Of a DNA stretch of 64,000 bases, positions 27,135 through 40,340 are shown piece by piece (the stretch's first letter is position 1; each line of letters begins with the position of its first letter). A model generated the notes under the pieces. The model had not been told where the DNA came from and did no database searches. It saw only the letters and a program-made list of their open reading frames with translations. Made by a program: the position numbers and the translations under genes. Source of the stretch: Takakia lepidozioides (lineage: Eukaryota > Plantae > Bryophyta); NCBI GenBank assembly GCA_030704615.1, contig CM060733.1, positions 66,092,001-66,156,000 on the forward strand. Reading direction: 5' to 3'.

Positions 27135-27730
27135 GCACAAACCCTAGCATGGGATGCACAAACCCTAGCATGAGATGCACATGAAACCCTAGGTTCATGG
27201 GAACCGTCACCATAGTGTGGTCCAACTGTCACCATAGTGTGGGAATAGTCAATATAGTGTGGGAACCGTCATCGTAGTGTGGGAACGGTCACTGTAGGCT
27301 GGGAACATAGTGACATATAAAGACAATATAGGGCTTTTGGAGGATTTTCAAGGGCCTTTTGGAGGATTGTTTGGGGGATCTTTGGGGTCCTTTGAGGAGC
27401 TTTTGTAAGACACTTTGAAGAGCTCTTGAAGGGGTGTCTGGGGGACTATTTTGGGTCTTTGAAGGCCCATATTTGACAAGTCTTTGGAGCCGTTGGAGGG
27501 CTTTTTGGAGGACTATTTGGGGTCCTTGGAGGCCAATATTTGGTGAGCTTGAGGAGTCTTTGGCGACTTATTGAGGGACTAATTGGGGTCCTTGAGGGCC
27601 AAGATTTGGCAGGCTCTTGGGGCCTTGGTGGACTATTTGGAGTTCAATGGTGCAAACTTTGGGAGCCTTAGTGAGATTGTTTGAGAGACATTTTAAGGGC
27701 TTTTAGAGAGTTATTTGAGAGATCCTTGAA
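27135..27730. repeat. Short tandem repeats (gcacaaaccctagcatg x3; accgtcaccatagtgtggga about x5) and degenerate G-rich repeats
   Basis: Directly visible 20-21-bp units followed by gggcttttggagga-like units. Confidence 0.6.
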
Positions 27731-28449
27731 AGGTCTTGTCTATTGCTTAAGCAAGAGAGTGTGGAGATAGGGCAGTGGGATGAGAGCATGCTATGATAGG
27801 AATTGCTTTAGCCCCTCTTCCTTGTAGTCTGTCACCCTCTCTGTAGGGCAAAACCTTTCCGTAGGTGGAGGCAAGAGTCAGTCCAGGTTTGGGCTAGGGT
27901 GTCTTGCAGGAGCGACGTCACTGTGGAGTGTTTTTGGTGTGGGGGAGTTATTGTTTTGATTTTCTTGTGTTTGGATCCCCTCCACACCTGCATGCTTGAC
28001 TATGCGTCATGTTAGTTTTGTGTGGGCGCTTGTTTTTGCTAGCAGAGCGAATAGAGCTCACCATGGTGGAGGAGTGAGTGGTTATGGTGGGGTTTGGCAA
28101 ACAACGTAGCTACGGTGTGAGCCCAGCCCCGTGAGCCTGGGCTGCAAAGCGTGAGCGGCACCAATGTGCTGGAGAAGCAGGCCCTATAGGCGAGGATTGC
28201 AGGAAGAGGGCCTATTACCATGGACAAACGTGGACAAAACAAAGGGGCCACCATGCACCATGTTTTGCAATGTCTGCACAGAAAGAGGAATATGAACATA
28301 TGGTAGATTTGAGCAGAAATGATCACACTTTATTTCAATTCAGAGAAAGACGCCTACAATGAATGGCATGTGCAATTGCCCTGGTTCCGCGAACGAAATG
28401 TATGTGTTTGTCCTACATGCAAAGACTCCACACGATAAGCTGGAAACCA

Positions 28450-31400
28450 GCACTGGAAGTGGGCATGGCTTGTTTCTGTTCACAGAGAATCTGGCGGAGC
28501 CCCACGGCAGATGTCCCGCTGCAGAAGAGTGATGACTTCTCCATAGCCTAGTGTGACTTGGTGAATGAATTGGTCTTTTACCGTCGCAGCACATAATTAT
28601 AAGGTATATGTAATATTGATGCTTGCAGGGGACCCACCTCCCTCTCATGCCGAGAGCGCCCTCACGCATCGTTACAAAATCTGAACAAGTGCACGCAGGG
28701 AAATTCCCCACGGTAACCTGATATTCTTTGCCATGAAGAACTGAGCCAGTAGACAACACTGTGTAGATCCGTCCACACCCCAGGGCCGGGACTTCGGTGA
28801 CACGAGTCACCCAAGCCTGCAAAATTCTAGCCGATTCCATCTTGCAGTCGTGATCTATACCCGAAGCGACACGGCGCACTGTTTTTCCATCTCTTTTTGT
28901 TGGGTGGGAGTCGGCACCAGGTGGAGGCATTGCCGAAGCATGTGGCACATCTGTGCCCAGAGTGCATGAGGGCACCACCCGGGACCGTGCAACTCCTCCA
29001 GCATGCTTATCTCGGTTGATGACAACGACGTCCCAAGTTTCACAGGCCAAATTGCGGGCGGAGGGGGCTTCATTATCACCGAAGGACAAACTGTTCTCTT
29101 GACGCATCGTGCCATATCGTTTGGGCAGAACCAGAACTTGTGGTCCTTTGACTCCCCACTATGATAAGGTCGGAACAACCCTGTGAATGTTGGAGCTGGA
29201 GTCCCCTTGGAGCCTTTGCATATTTTTGATTTGCATTTCTTGAAAGAGGGGGTCCGAATTGCCATGCAAGCCACTCTAGATCCTGGTGGGCTACGTTCTA
29301 TATGCCACTCACTGTCAATGCAATCAGATTCATGTACTAAGGACATCACCTCCTCCAATGGGATTCTTGCTGCTGTGCTTGCATGATTTGCACCTGCTCC
29401 ACTGGAAGAGGACCCACCTGGGAAGGGGCGGGCACATGACTTAGTCTGCACCGGAGACACCTTTGGTATAGAGAAATTGACCCTATCCGGCCGATGGGAA
29501 TCTCCATCCGACCCTAGAGGAGTGTTCAATTTCCTTTTGCATGATCCAAATGTTTCCTCGCCTTCCAAATGGGGGACCCTGGATTGCAAAGGGGAGCCTT
29601 CAGTGCACATGTTCAGAGCTATCGCCATCTTCGATGGGTCTCCGGACCTGCTCGCAACCCCTTAGCATCAACAAAGTCGTATCAGGGCCCTTGCCTCCGC
29701 CCCATCCCATAAGAAAATTGCGGTATCTGGTTTGTTGTGTAAGTGCCCGCACCATGCATCTACAATGGCCACATACAAGTCACGTCCTGCTTTGGTAGAC
29801 TGCTGCATCCAGGCGTTGTGAACAGTCTCCGCCAAATTACAGGAAGGCATGTCGGCCAAGTCCTCCAAGGACATGTTCTGCAGGAGGCATTGCACGCAAA
29901 TGTGAGGAACAAAAGGAAATGGAAGAGGTTCTGCAAGTGACAATCCAACAACCCCAAAAAAACAGGCACGATGCAAAGTGAAATTTGTGTTTCTGGGATT
30001 GAAGAGGCTTACCGTCGTCATGAAAGCTCCCCACTGTCTGTACCTGAAGTGCCAGAAAACCAACCAGTCCTCCAACTCCTTCAGGTGGATCCCACTAGCA
30101 GCACTAGAGGAGAACCACCAAGCCCGGATTGCTTGGTAAGTGCTCTCAGCTTCTCCCATTGAGGTGGCATTTTTGTACTTGAGGCAGAGCCTTCTGTGCT
30201 CCAACTGAAGGTCAGGTCAAATGCAGCGCTTTGTATGACGTGGCAGAGATTGACTCCAATGGAAGAGGCATGTGCTCCCTATTTTCCATTGGGACCTTAG
30301 GATCCCCCGAACCAAAGATGCGCCGCACTGCATTGAAATTTGCCTGTGCACTATCAGCCATGAACCCCGCAAAATTTGTGTGCGCTGCATGACGGCAAGG
30401 AGAGAATTCCACATGAGCATTTGGGATTCAGTGTCCTCCGACTGCATATCACAAATTGCTATGGAGAGCACACGTTGGTACGCTGGATCGTACACATGGC
30501 ACGCCATGGTTGTCTAACCCTTCATCCGTTTGCAGTGATCAAACATTAACCAACATTTTGTCAAATCTCCTCCAAGTTGCATTCAGCGGACAATGCTCAC
30601 ACCACTGCCTTCGCCCACTGTGGACATCTTGAACAAATACACCTTGGACGAGCCCTGGCCAGGGAAGATACTGTTTTGAATGAATTCATAGCGACTCCTC
30701 CGTTTGAGGTCCATAATATTGTCCATGAATCCAGCACTGCCTGTGCCCATTCTGAGTGCATTCACCTGGTTTCGAATATTGGGAGAGCTCAACACGGAGA
30801 AATGGTCCATCACTGCATCAAGCGAATCTGCATCCAGCATTGGTTGTGTCGCATCCCCTTCACCCAGTATGTGTTTTTCCAGGAATGCCTTGTTAGCTGC
30901 AATCGCTATAGCAGAAGGTGTTGCACAAGGGGCATTGTGGATCTCCTGCTTCAGAAGATTTCTAGTGATGTCCACGCTATCCCTGCAACTTCCCTTCGAC
31001 ACGTGATGCTCGTGTGTACCCATATGAATGCAGGCACGAGTCATTGTCTTGCAGCGGTGTGCCACCTGGTACATACGAGTGTGGCACACAGAAACACAGG
31101 ACGGGGCAAGTTTGCAGAACCTGCACACAAAAGTATTGGTCTTGGGAGGGGCAAGCCCTGGTGTGAAAGGATTCAGGGGCACCCCTTCCCACTCACTTTC
31201 GTTTGGTTTAGAGCTGTTTCTCAGGCGAGGGCAAGAAGTATCCAGGCACTTGCAATGTCCAACGCAAACCGACCTTCGAAATTTCAATCCAATGTCGTTG
31301 TGGATGTTCAATGTTTTTGTCATGCACCAAGGGTGTCCGTCATGTTTCTTGTCCATGCCCTGCAGAAGCCCAGCTAGTCCACTGGAAGACGTGGGAGGGT

Positions 31401-32160
31401 TGAGCTCAAACAAAATGTCCCCATCAAACTCTGCTAGCACATATTGAACCCGCTGCACCCGAAGGGACTCCCAATCAACAAAACGCAGCTCGCTCTTGCA
31501 CCCAGGCACCCCTGCGAGGGCTCTCAATTTCGGAATGACACTCGTTATCTCCTGCAATTCGTCATCATGCAAGAATGGGGTCTAGACTGGCAGAGGAATC
31601 TCAAAAACATCCTCCGAGGACGAGTCTGAAAGAGTCACGAATGTAGTGGATGTGCTCACCTCTTGTTTCACATGAACTGTGCCTTTCTGCTGCACGACTG
31701 ATGCTGCAGTGCCAGGGGTAATTACTAATCCTGCTGATTGTCTTCTCTCTTTTCCAAGGACCTGGTATGTGCCTGGAAGGACTCTCCACTTCCTCCCACA
31801 CTCGCCAACCAATGGTTTCTGCAAGTCCATCCTCGTCATACACCTCTTTTTGAACAAGCAGAGAACCCAATTCCAGAGGGAACATTATAACCAGCTCATC
31901 CTCTTGAACAAGTGCAAACCCATCGTCATCTGCAGTGGCAGTCAGTGGAAGACTACCTGCATTGGAATGAAATCGAGCGAGTTTGTTTCCCTCCCTGGAC
32001 ATGTTTTCCTACACTGACCCAAACTTGCGATCCACAAAGGGTCCCCCGAACTGATAGCCCGTAATTCTCAAGAGGGAATCCACCCCAAACGAACTGAGGT
32101 AAATAGGGGTAGCACTGTCCCAATGACTGCGGGCGATGTATGCAACGGATTTTGGGGTTT
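28450..32160 (-). mobile_element. Decayed Mutator-like transposase: GCM/WRKY-like Zn domain + DDE + Cys-rich domain + SWIM
   Basis: FDGDILFEL..GMDKKHDGHPW..FRRSVCVGHCKC..CRFC..RACIHMGTHEH. DDE core WLMFDHCKR..GFMADSAQANFNAVR..TCLFHW..NLAETVH. SWIM CTCSDF..PCKHQYY. Stops and frameshifts present. Confidence 0.82.
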
Positions 32161-32939
32161 ACAACCTTCTATAAGAATGACATGCATGGCAAAAGTCTGC
32201 ACCGAACTCCGTAGTCAACCACACTGAGAGACACCAACTAGAAAAACTATCTTCAAAGACAAGAAGCCACAAGAAGCCGTATTGTGTTTGGATGAAAAGC
32301 AAACCCTACAAAGGATATTAAGCCATCCATTATGGATAGACGGCAATGGCCCCATGAGTCCAATAAACAGGATACCCCGAGTCAAATTTGTTTGTGCTGT
32401 GCCAGAAGAGCACAACACAAACACTGACACTCAAGGGGACACTCCGCACGAAGGTGCGCAAAACATTCCGATTTTCGACATCAAGCTTTATGCCGAAACG
32501 ACTGCATTGCGCCGGCGACGGTGAAATGCAAATCACAGGATGGGCAATACAACATACGTGGATGCATATGTGAAGCATCACAATTATTGCCAATGTGCAA
32601 GTACTGTTAAAAATTCGACTCACGATCGATTTTTACGGCGCTTCTCAATTTCCATGAATGCAAGAAGTCTGTCGTGTACTGGCAACCGGCAAAGTACATT
32701 TGACATATCCCACAAGTAGACGGAACGGCAATTGAAGTGCCACCACTTAGTTTTTTGGGCAATTCAAAGACGGAGAAATGGATGAATTCAGTTCGCACAT
32801 AATGATGACTCCCGCATCCAAATACGGTTAACAATGTCCAAATTGTATTTTGGATACATGCCAAAGCAACCGTTGTTGCAAACGTCAAACTGGAGAGCTC
32901 TAGAGGCAGCGTGGGGAGCGTTTGTTTCCACCGAAGGAA

Positions 32940-33320
32940 GAAGAGAAGGAAGTCGCTATACTTTTTCAGCACTAGGGACAGGAAGAGAGCCAGAGATAGA
33001 ATGAGGTTGGAAAAAGTAGACGAAGAGGGAAAGGAGGAAGATGAGGGCAATGAGGAAAGGTTGGCGATGCAAGAGCAGGATTTTGGAGAGGAATAACATC
33101 CCCATATACTGCCGAGAACGGGTGAGGAGGAGACTGCATCCGCGGGAGAGACGGACGTCGAAGAGGATGTCGATGGTGGCCTCATGAAGAAGCAAACAGT
33201 GGAAAAGAGGATGGGGGAGATGCTCCAGAACATGCTCGGAGTAGACAGCAGTCCGAAGCTCAAAAGGTCTCCTGCGATTGGAGAGACATCCAACGCAGCA
33301 CAACGAAAGACAAGTCTGTC
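32940..33320 (+). pseudogene. Acidic low-complexity 5' exon, probably of the ParB-like gene
   Basis: E/D-rich reading (EEETASAGETDVEEDVDGG), head-to-head with the transposase and followed directly by the 117-bp array. Confidence 0.4.
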
Positions 33321-33339
33321 ATGACAGCCCTTCATCTTG

Positions 33340-34087
33340 TTGTTTTTTGATGTCAAAATGTATCTCACCAGTCCAGTCTGTCATGTAAACACACCTACAT
33401 GGAAGCACGAAACAGTGTGCGGCAACGCACACTGTTTATGACCCCCTGCTTTGCTTGTTTTTGATGTCAAACTGTACCACACAAGCCCAGCTTGTCATGT
33501 CAAAATGTACCTAGATGGAAGCACAAAACAGTGTGCGGCAACGCACACTGTTTGCGCCCCTTTTTTTTTGCTTGTTTTTTATGTCAAAATGAACCAAACA
33601 GGGACAGTCTGCCATGTTCAAATCACACCTAAATGGAAGCACAAAATAGTGTGCGGCAGTGCACACTGTTTGTGCCCCCCTCTTTGCTTGCTTTTTGATG
33701 TGAAAATGGGCCACACATGGGTAGTCTGTCATGTTCAAAACACCCCTAATTGGAAGCACAAAGCAGTGTGCGGCAACGCACGCTATTTGTGCCCCCCTCT
33801 TTGTTTGTTTTTTGATGTCAAAATGTGCCACACAGGGCCAGTCTGCCATGTTCAGATCACACCTAGATGGAAGCACGAAACAGTGTGCGGCAACGCAAAA
33901 CTGTTTGTGCCCCCCTGCTTTGCTTGTTTTTTATGTGAAAATGGGCCACACATGACCAGTCTGTCATGTTCAAAACACCCCTAATTGGAAGCACGAAACA
34001 GTGTGCGGCAACGCACAATGTTTGTGCCCCCTCTTTGCTTGTTTTTTGATTTGAAAATGGGCCACACATGGTCAGTCTGTCATGTTC
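33340..34087 (+). repeat. 117-bp tandem array, block 1 (6 units) with 28-bp hairpin
   Basis: Hairpin aaacagtgtgcg-gcaa-cgcacactgttt starts at 33410, 33526, 33644, 33761, 33878 and 33996. Confidence 0.97.
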
Positions 34088-34340
34088 TCCAGCTTCTGGA
34101 TGTCCTTGATGAGGGGTGGATGAACGACGGGCATGGAAACCAACCTACATAGGGGAATTTTCAACCTCCCACCCGGGGCAAGCATACTTTGCACCACAAG
34201 CTAAGAATTTACCTGCTGACCCCCCAACATCTTCACGACTTTGCTTTCATAGAACTCATCATCCACATCAACAATGATCTCATTTTCCTGCCCTGAAGGG
34301 TTCTCATCCTCCACCCTTTGCATCTTCTCTTGCAAGGATG
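34085..34340 (-). pseudogene. ParB/Srx-like protein, N-terminal part
   Basis: Minus-strand reading GRLKIPLCRLVSMPVVHPPLIKDIQKLE ends abruptly at the array and continues at 59254 on the + strand. Confidence 0.65.
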
Positions 34341-34349
34341 CTCATTCAA

Positions 34350-36093
34350 ATTGACATAAGAAAGAGGCCAAAAACAATGTGTGGTGCCGAACACTGTACA
34401 GAGCTTCAAACACATACCTTTTTCCGTGTTTTCACAAAGTTTCAAATGTGCTTCAAAGTTTCAAAAAGAATCAAGTTGGCTTCCTATTACATCAAAACAT
34501 ATCACAGTACAAGGGGCACAAACAGTGTGTGGCACCGCACACTGTTCCGTACTGCCATTTCACCTTGATGCATGTTTGAGGAACAGGGCATGGTCCACAC
34601 TTCTCAACCCCCAAATGAAGAGAGGGGCAAGAAACAGTGTGTTGTGCCGCACTTTGTTTCTTGCTTCCATTTGTCTCTGTTTAAAGCAAGAGAGAGAACT
34701 GAATGGGTTATTTCCAAACCAAATAGAACAATTGACAAGGGTTTCAAGAAATGTAGACCAGAGTGACTATTCTGTGCTTACAGGTTGATTGAAGCCTGAC
34801 AGACAGAGTTGAGTGAATAAAATACAAAGGGGCTGAGACATGACAGACTGGCCTGGTGTGTTGCATTTTGACATAAAAAATTGGCAAAAAGAAGGGGCAC
34901 AAACAGTGTGCGGCACCGCACACTGTTTGGTGCTTCCAATTAGGTGTGTTTTGAACTAGGCAGACACTGCTGGTGTGGTTCATTGCAAAAAACAAAGAAG
35001 AGGGACACAAACAGTGTGTGTTGCCGCACACTGTTTCGTGCTTCCATGTGGGAGTTGTTTGAACATGGCAGACACTACTAGTGTGGCATTTTTTGACATC
35101 AGAAAACAACCAAAAAGGGGGGCACAAACAGTGTGCGTTGACGCACACTGTTTCGTGCTTCCATCTGGGTGTGTTTTGAACATGGCAGACACTGTTGGTG
35201 TGGCATTTTTTTGACATCAGAAAACAACCAAAAAGGCCTGGGCCCAAATAGTGTGCGTTGACGCACACTGTTTCGTGCTTCCATCTGGGTGTGTTTTGAA
35301 CATGGCAGACACTGCTGGTGTGGCATTTTTTGACATCCCTGTGTGGCACATTTTCACATCAAAAAACAAGCAAAGAGGGGGGCACAAACAGTGTGCGTTG
35401 CCGCACACTGTTTCGTGCTTCCATCTAGGTGTGAATTGAACATGACATACTGGCCCTGTGTGGCATTTTTTGACATCAGAAAACAACCAAAAAGGGGGGC
35501 ACAAACAGTGTGCGTTGCCGCACACTGTTTCGTGCTTTCAATTAGGGGTGTATTGAACATGACAGACTGGCCCTGTGTGGCACATTTTGACATCAAAAAA
35601 TAAACAAAGAGGGGGGCACAAACAGTGTGCGTTGCCGCACACTGTTTTGTGCTTCCAATTAGGGGTGTTTTCAACAAGACAGACAGGCCCTGTGTGGCCC
35701 ATTTTCAAATCAAAAAACAAGCAAAGAGGGGGGCACAAACAGTGTGCGTTGCCGCACACTGTTTCGTGCTTCCGATTAGGGGTGTTTTGAACATGACAGA
35801 CTGGCCATGTGTGGCCCATTTTCAAATCAAAAAAAAAGCAAAGAGGGGGGCACAAACAGTGTGTGGCAACGCACACTGTTTCGTGCTTCCAATTAGGGGT
35901 GTTTTGAACATGACATACTGGCCATGTGTGGCCCATTTTCACATCATAAACAAACAAAGCAAGGGGGGCACAAACAGTGTGCGTTGCCGCACACTGTTTC
36001 GTGTTTCCATCTAGGTGTGATTTGAACATGGCAAACTGGCCCTGTGTGGCACATTTTGACATCAAAAAACAAACAAAGAGGGGGACACAAACA
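34350..36093 (-). repeat. 117-bp tandem array, block 2 (about 3 degenerate + about 10 units), inverted relative to block 1
   Basis: Units read aaacagtgtgcgttgccgcacactgttt on +. Ends at a gypsy RT fragment. Confidence 0.95.
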
Positions 36094-36285
36094 GGTGGTA
36101 TTTGAGCGCTTGAGGGCGCACGGATTGAAGTTACATCCGGGGAAGTGCAAGTTTTTCCACAACCAGATTGAGTATCTGGGTCACATGATATATCCTGGAG
36201 GATTGGGGGTACAACAGACTAAGGTAGAGTCCATTGCACAGATTCCACGCCCCACGGATGTGAGCCGAGTTCGAGCTTTCATGGA
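36094..36285 (+). mobile_element. Ty3/gypsy RT fragment
   Basis: VVFERLRAHGLKLHPGKCKFFHNQIEYLGHMIYPGGLGVQQTKV; same family as the inverted fragment at 41735-41885. Confidence 0.9.
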
Positions 36286-37496
36286 TATGCCAGGGAAACC
36301 TCGACCGCGGTTTCCTCGAAGCTCTTGAACACCTTGCACCACACCAAGTGTTTAGTGATCCACAAGCTCACCTCACTAATCTAATCTACTCAGAATCGCA
36401 TCCATTAATCCACTCATTAATCCATAGAACCCCACTGTTTGCTTTGAGAGCCAAGATAAACAATGTTAAAACAGTCGTGACCCCAATGAGCCTAAACCCA
36501 CCCCTAACCTCATCCCTAACCTCATCCATTTTAGACTCATCCCACTAAAATCATCTATGGATAACAAACATGACCATGGAACATGCGGCATGGGGCCTCG
36601 CATGGAGCATGGGGGAAGGCGCATGGTACGGAATACCAAAAGGGCCATGCTTGTACAAGACCCCTTGACCCCTTGAAAGATTCCAATACCCCGTGTTTTT
36701 ATTCCAAAAGATTTTGTGGCACAGGCATGAGGGCATGGGCTATTGAAAAGCACGGGGTAGAAATACCCCGGGGTAGTAAAGGCACGGGGTAACTAACCCC
36801 ATGCTACATGCCTGGGGTACCAGGTATATTATACGGAACATATATCATATTATACATGTCGTATATTACTACATACGCATGTTTTTGATATTTTCGATAA
36901 TCGGGTAAAACTGCCCGGACATGAAGCCGGTTTAGGGATTCGCAATACGTCTCTCTCTCACGTCCTCTCTCTCAAGGCGAGAGTTTTGCTCTGGCGATCT
37001 GTTGGCAAGCTCGAGAAAGCAAAGAGTTATGGCCTTAGCCAACCAACACTGGATGAGCCTCTAAAATCAGCATTGCGAAAGGAGCAGCCAGGAAGGTACA
37101 TCACTTGTAATGACAGACGTCCGAATACTTTGGAAGATTAAGCTACAGAGTGTAAATTGAGCCGAAGACCATAAGATACTCTTGTGAAAATGCAGGCTCC
37201 AGCAGCAGTTATAGGTCTCCACAGCTTTGATGGTGATGCTTGCAGAGAGCATGGAGGCTGAGAGGGCCCTTAAGACAGTGAAACATGAAGTTATAATGTC
37301 CATTGATGCCAACGGGAGAGATGCAAGAGAAAGAGAAACTTTAACATGCCTAGGGGGGCCCAATGTCCTATGGAACTAAGAGAGTAAGCAGGGAGAGAGA
37401 GGAGAGAAGGAAAAAAAAGACATTTATTGTGTTTACAGCAAGCCCAAGGGACAAAGAGAGGGAGAGAGAGGGATCTGTCCTCCTCGGGGAGCAACG

Positions 37497-38498
37497 ATGT
37501 TGCGTCCCACGCCTCCTCCTAGCAGGACTCGTATCCCCTCTCCTGCAGCATCTATGGAATCGCTGCCAGATTCGGGACAACATCCCGAGGATGAGCATGC
37601 TGCTCTTATTATCATTACCCAATACAACATTCCAATCGTGGAGCGAGATGTGTCGGCCTCGCAGTGGAGAATTGCACGGACCCGTCTGTCATTTCATGGC
37701 AAATGTTGTGCTGTTCGTGTTGACACCAACCAGAGATGCAATGAGATGATTCGGAGGAGCCCACAAGGCGGTGTGCCTGCCCCTTGCTTCACAATGAGAT
37801 TTGTGTGCGCAAAGTTTGTGGAGGCCACACTGAAGGAGTTTTGGTTCTGCAGGCACGACATCATGTCGTGTGTGTTCGGCAAGCCCAAGTATGGTGTACA
37901 AGACATGCCTGAACCACCAGCAGTTTGGCTTGTGGCAACTGGTACAGATCTTATCCTGGAGGAGGCAGACGCTCTAGGAAGTGCAGGGTTTCGACTGGTG
38001 GAGAGGACAGACATTCCACGAAATCCAATTCCCAGTTGTTATCCTCATCCTACGAGAAGCTCTTCACCCCGCATACCGGTGGGTGACCCCGCAGCTTGGC
38101 CCACCCATCGGTGGGGGAAACTGAAAAGATGGCGGCCACCAACAAAGGCGAATGACACCAGGATGGCCAACGCTCTTGCAATGCCCTGCATAGTGCAAGG
38201 TTGCAGGGATGTTCCTCACCCCGGGATGGGGCGCATATTTCAGTTGTCAACAGCCGGGTCTGCTGCGTGCAGTGTCGTGTATGCAATCACAGTTTCTCAG
38301 TACCCAGCCTGCAACTGTGATGACTTCCTTGTTATGGAATCGAAGAATGCAGCATACGTCCCCTGCAAACACCTTTATTACATTTTTCTGAAGCGCATGA
38401 GTTGCATATCCGCAGTCGACGTCTTCATCCATGCTCCAACATTGAGCTTCAACGAGCTGCACAAGGCCCTACGGCAGGATACAGGTCGGACTGCTTGA
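37497..38498 (+). CDS. Uninterrupted ORF homologous to the transposase C-terminus (Cys-rich domain + SWIM), no DDE domain
   Basis: QWRIAR..KC..RC..PAPCF..FWFCRHD..PPAVW..GTDL..E...L, and SWIM CNCDDF..PCKHLYY..FIHAPT. Aligns by eye with 28450-29350. First ATG at 37554. Confidence 0.75.
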   Translation: MLRPTPPPSRTRIPSPAASMESLPDSGQHPEDEHAALIIITQYNIPIVERDVSASQWRIARTRLSFHGKCCAVRVDTNQRCNEMIRRSPQGGVPAPCFTMRFVCAKFVEATLKEFWFCRHDIMSCVFGKPKYGVQDMPEPPAVWLVATGTDLILEEADALGSAGFRLVERTDIPRNPIPSCYPHPTRSSSPRIPVGDPAAWPTHRWGKLKRWRPPTKANDTRMANALAMPCIVQGCRDVPHPGMGRIFQLSTAGSAACSVVYAITVSQYPACNCDDFLVMESKNAAYVPCKHLYYIFLKRMSCISAVDVFIHAPTLSFNELHKALRQDTGRTA

Positions 38499-38955
38499 CA
38501 TTCCACATTCGGGAAGGAGAAAATAGCAATTATATTACATTCATCTTCTTGCACCCTATTTTTTTGTGAGGGATTATACACTTGGTGGTGCCGCACCGCC
38601 ATGGCTTCAGGTGCATTTCGGTGCCGCAATACATGATAATGTGGTTTTTGGCCGTGAATGGCATGTGCATGTTTTTTTTATTTTGGTTATGTCTATTAGT
38701 GGATCCGAGGAAAGCATACATTGTGTGTAGATACATGGGCATTGTGGCATATTTAAGCGCCGTTATTGGTCTGTATACTGCATAGTGCTTCCTTGTTACT
38801 GCTTTTCATTCATTTTGTGGTGATTTCGCAGCCCATCCTGGCGTTTTCGTCCACCTTTATGAGAAGACTCCGATTTGCTACCAATACATTGACATTGTTC
38901 TGCAAATGTGATGCCTTTACAAGATTGCAAGTTTTGTGTCCCAGTGGGAAGGGTC

Positions 38956-39615
38956 CTACTGCACATTCCAGCATTTGCATACTACACCTTGTGCACACAA
39001 CAATCCATACGACAAAGGACGCGTCCCAGCATACTGGCAGTGAATTGCAAAAAACCTTAACAGAAGATTATCCAAGCATGTATATTCCCCATATGGCACA
39101 GGGAAGCTACTTGATTTCTGAAGCAAAATATATGTGCCATGAGTGTCCGCAAGTCGAAACATGTCTACTCTAGCATGCAAGACCTATGGTCCCCTCGCCC
39201 AAGAAGAAGGAACTCGAACTGGCCTCTCAAGGACCTCCTGAGTTACCGGGTGCCGATATTTGAACACAATGTCAGCGATTTCTGTCGCCCGGTTGAAACT
39301 AACGAGGATGTCGTGTTTATCGACAGCGCCCCCTTTGTAGAAGGACATTTTCACAGTGGGCCCTGTATTCCCCTCCTCCTCATCCTCATAACTGAAGAGA
39401 ATGTCCCCACTTTCCGAGCCAGTATGTCCACCTGTGAAGTTTTCACCTATGCACTCATCATACGTCCACTCGCAACAGTTCCAGCGATACAACAACACTG
39501 TGCGTGATCTGTTCGGCTCCCACTCAAGCGGAAAGTCCAGGTCCATGATGCGCAGGAACCACCTGCTCCCCAGCCGGGGTCTAGGAGAATCGTGCAATCC
39601 TGGAAGAAACTCCAT
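38956..39615 (-). pseudogene. Orphan gene convergent with the SWIM ORF (one in-frame TAG)
   Basis: ORFs 39184-39615 and 38956-39180 are in the same frame, separated by one stop. TATA-like tatat at about 39755. Confidence 0.4.
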
Positions 39616-39794
39616 TGCTCTCAGCTGGACAAGTCGATGATCGTCCCTATAAACATCTAGGAAGACAATGATGTCGTCTATTTTCGGGAGAATGAGTCCC
39701 GTCTGGCGTGAAGAGTGAAGAGCAAAATGAGAGCGAGGCCAGTGGAAGAGGGATATATTATTGCTGCACTGCCAATCTTGGCACTTGTCGGCCC

Positions 39795-40340
39795 TATCCT
39801 CAATTTCGGCACCGTTATTGGCAAAACTCCCTCACCGTAAGTCAGGTATTTGCTCTCCGAAGCCCAATTTCGGCGCCGTTATTAGATGGACTGCGGAAGC
39901 TTCAGCCGGGAATTTTGTTTCCGGAGCCCAATTTTGGTGCCGTTATTGGTTGCACTCCCGAGCCTTCAGCCGGGTATTTGGTTTCCGGACCCCAATTTCG
40001 GCGCCGTTATTGGCTGCACTCCGGTGGCTTCAGCCGAGTATTTGGTTTCCGGACCCCAATTTCGGCGCCGTTATTGGCTGCACTCCGGAGGCTTCAGCCG
40101 GGTATTTGGTTGGCGGAGCCCAATTTCGGCACCGTTATTGGCTTCACTCCCGAGCCTTCAGCCGGCTATTTCTTTTCTTGTGCCCAACTACGGCGCCGTT
40201 ATACCCAACCATCCTGCACTTCTGCAACAGTACTATCCATGGTTATAGGTCGCCATTGCGTTTTTGGAGTTTGCAAACCCGGATCCTAATTCCGCTTGCG
40301 TCCCTTCCTCTGGGGTAATTTCGGTGTCGTTATTGGCCAG
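39795..40340. repeat. 64-bp GC-rich tandem array (7 or more units)
   Basis: caatttcggcgccgttattgg-type units at 39801, 39865, 39929, 39993, 40057, 40121 and 40185; relic at about 40316. Confidence 0.95.

Noticed and set aside
32607-33368. 253-aa minus-strand ORF
   Set aside because: Ser/Leu/Phe-rich antisense shadow of a purine-rich plus-strand exon.
33410-33440. Hairpin as tandem Helitron 3' ends (gcaacgcac core)
   Set aside because: No CTRR terminus shortly downstream, and no Rep/helicase in the window.
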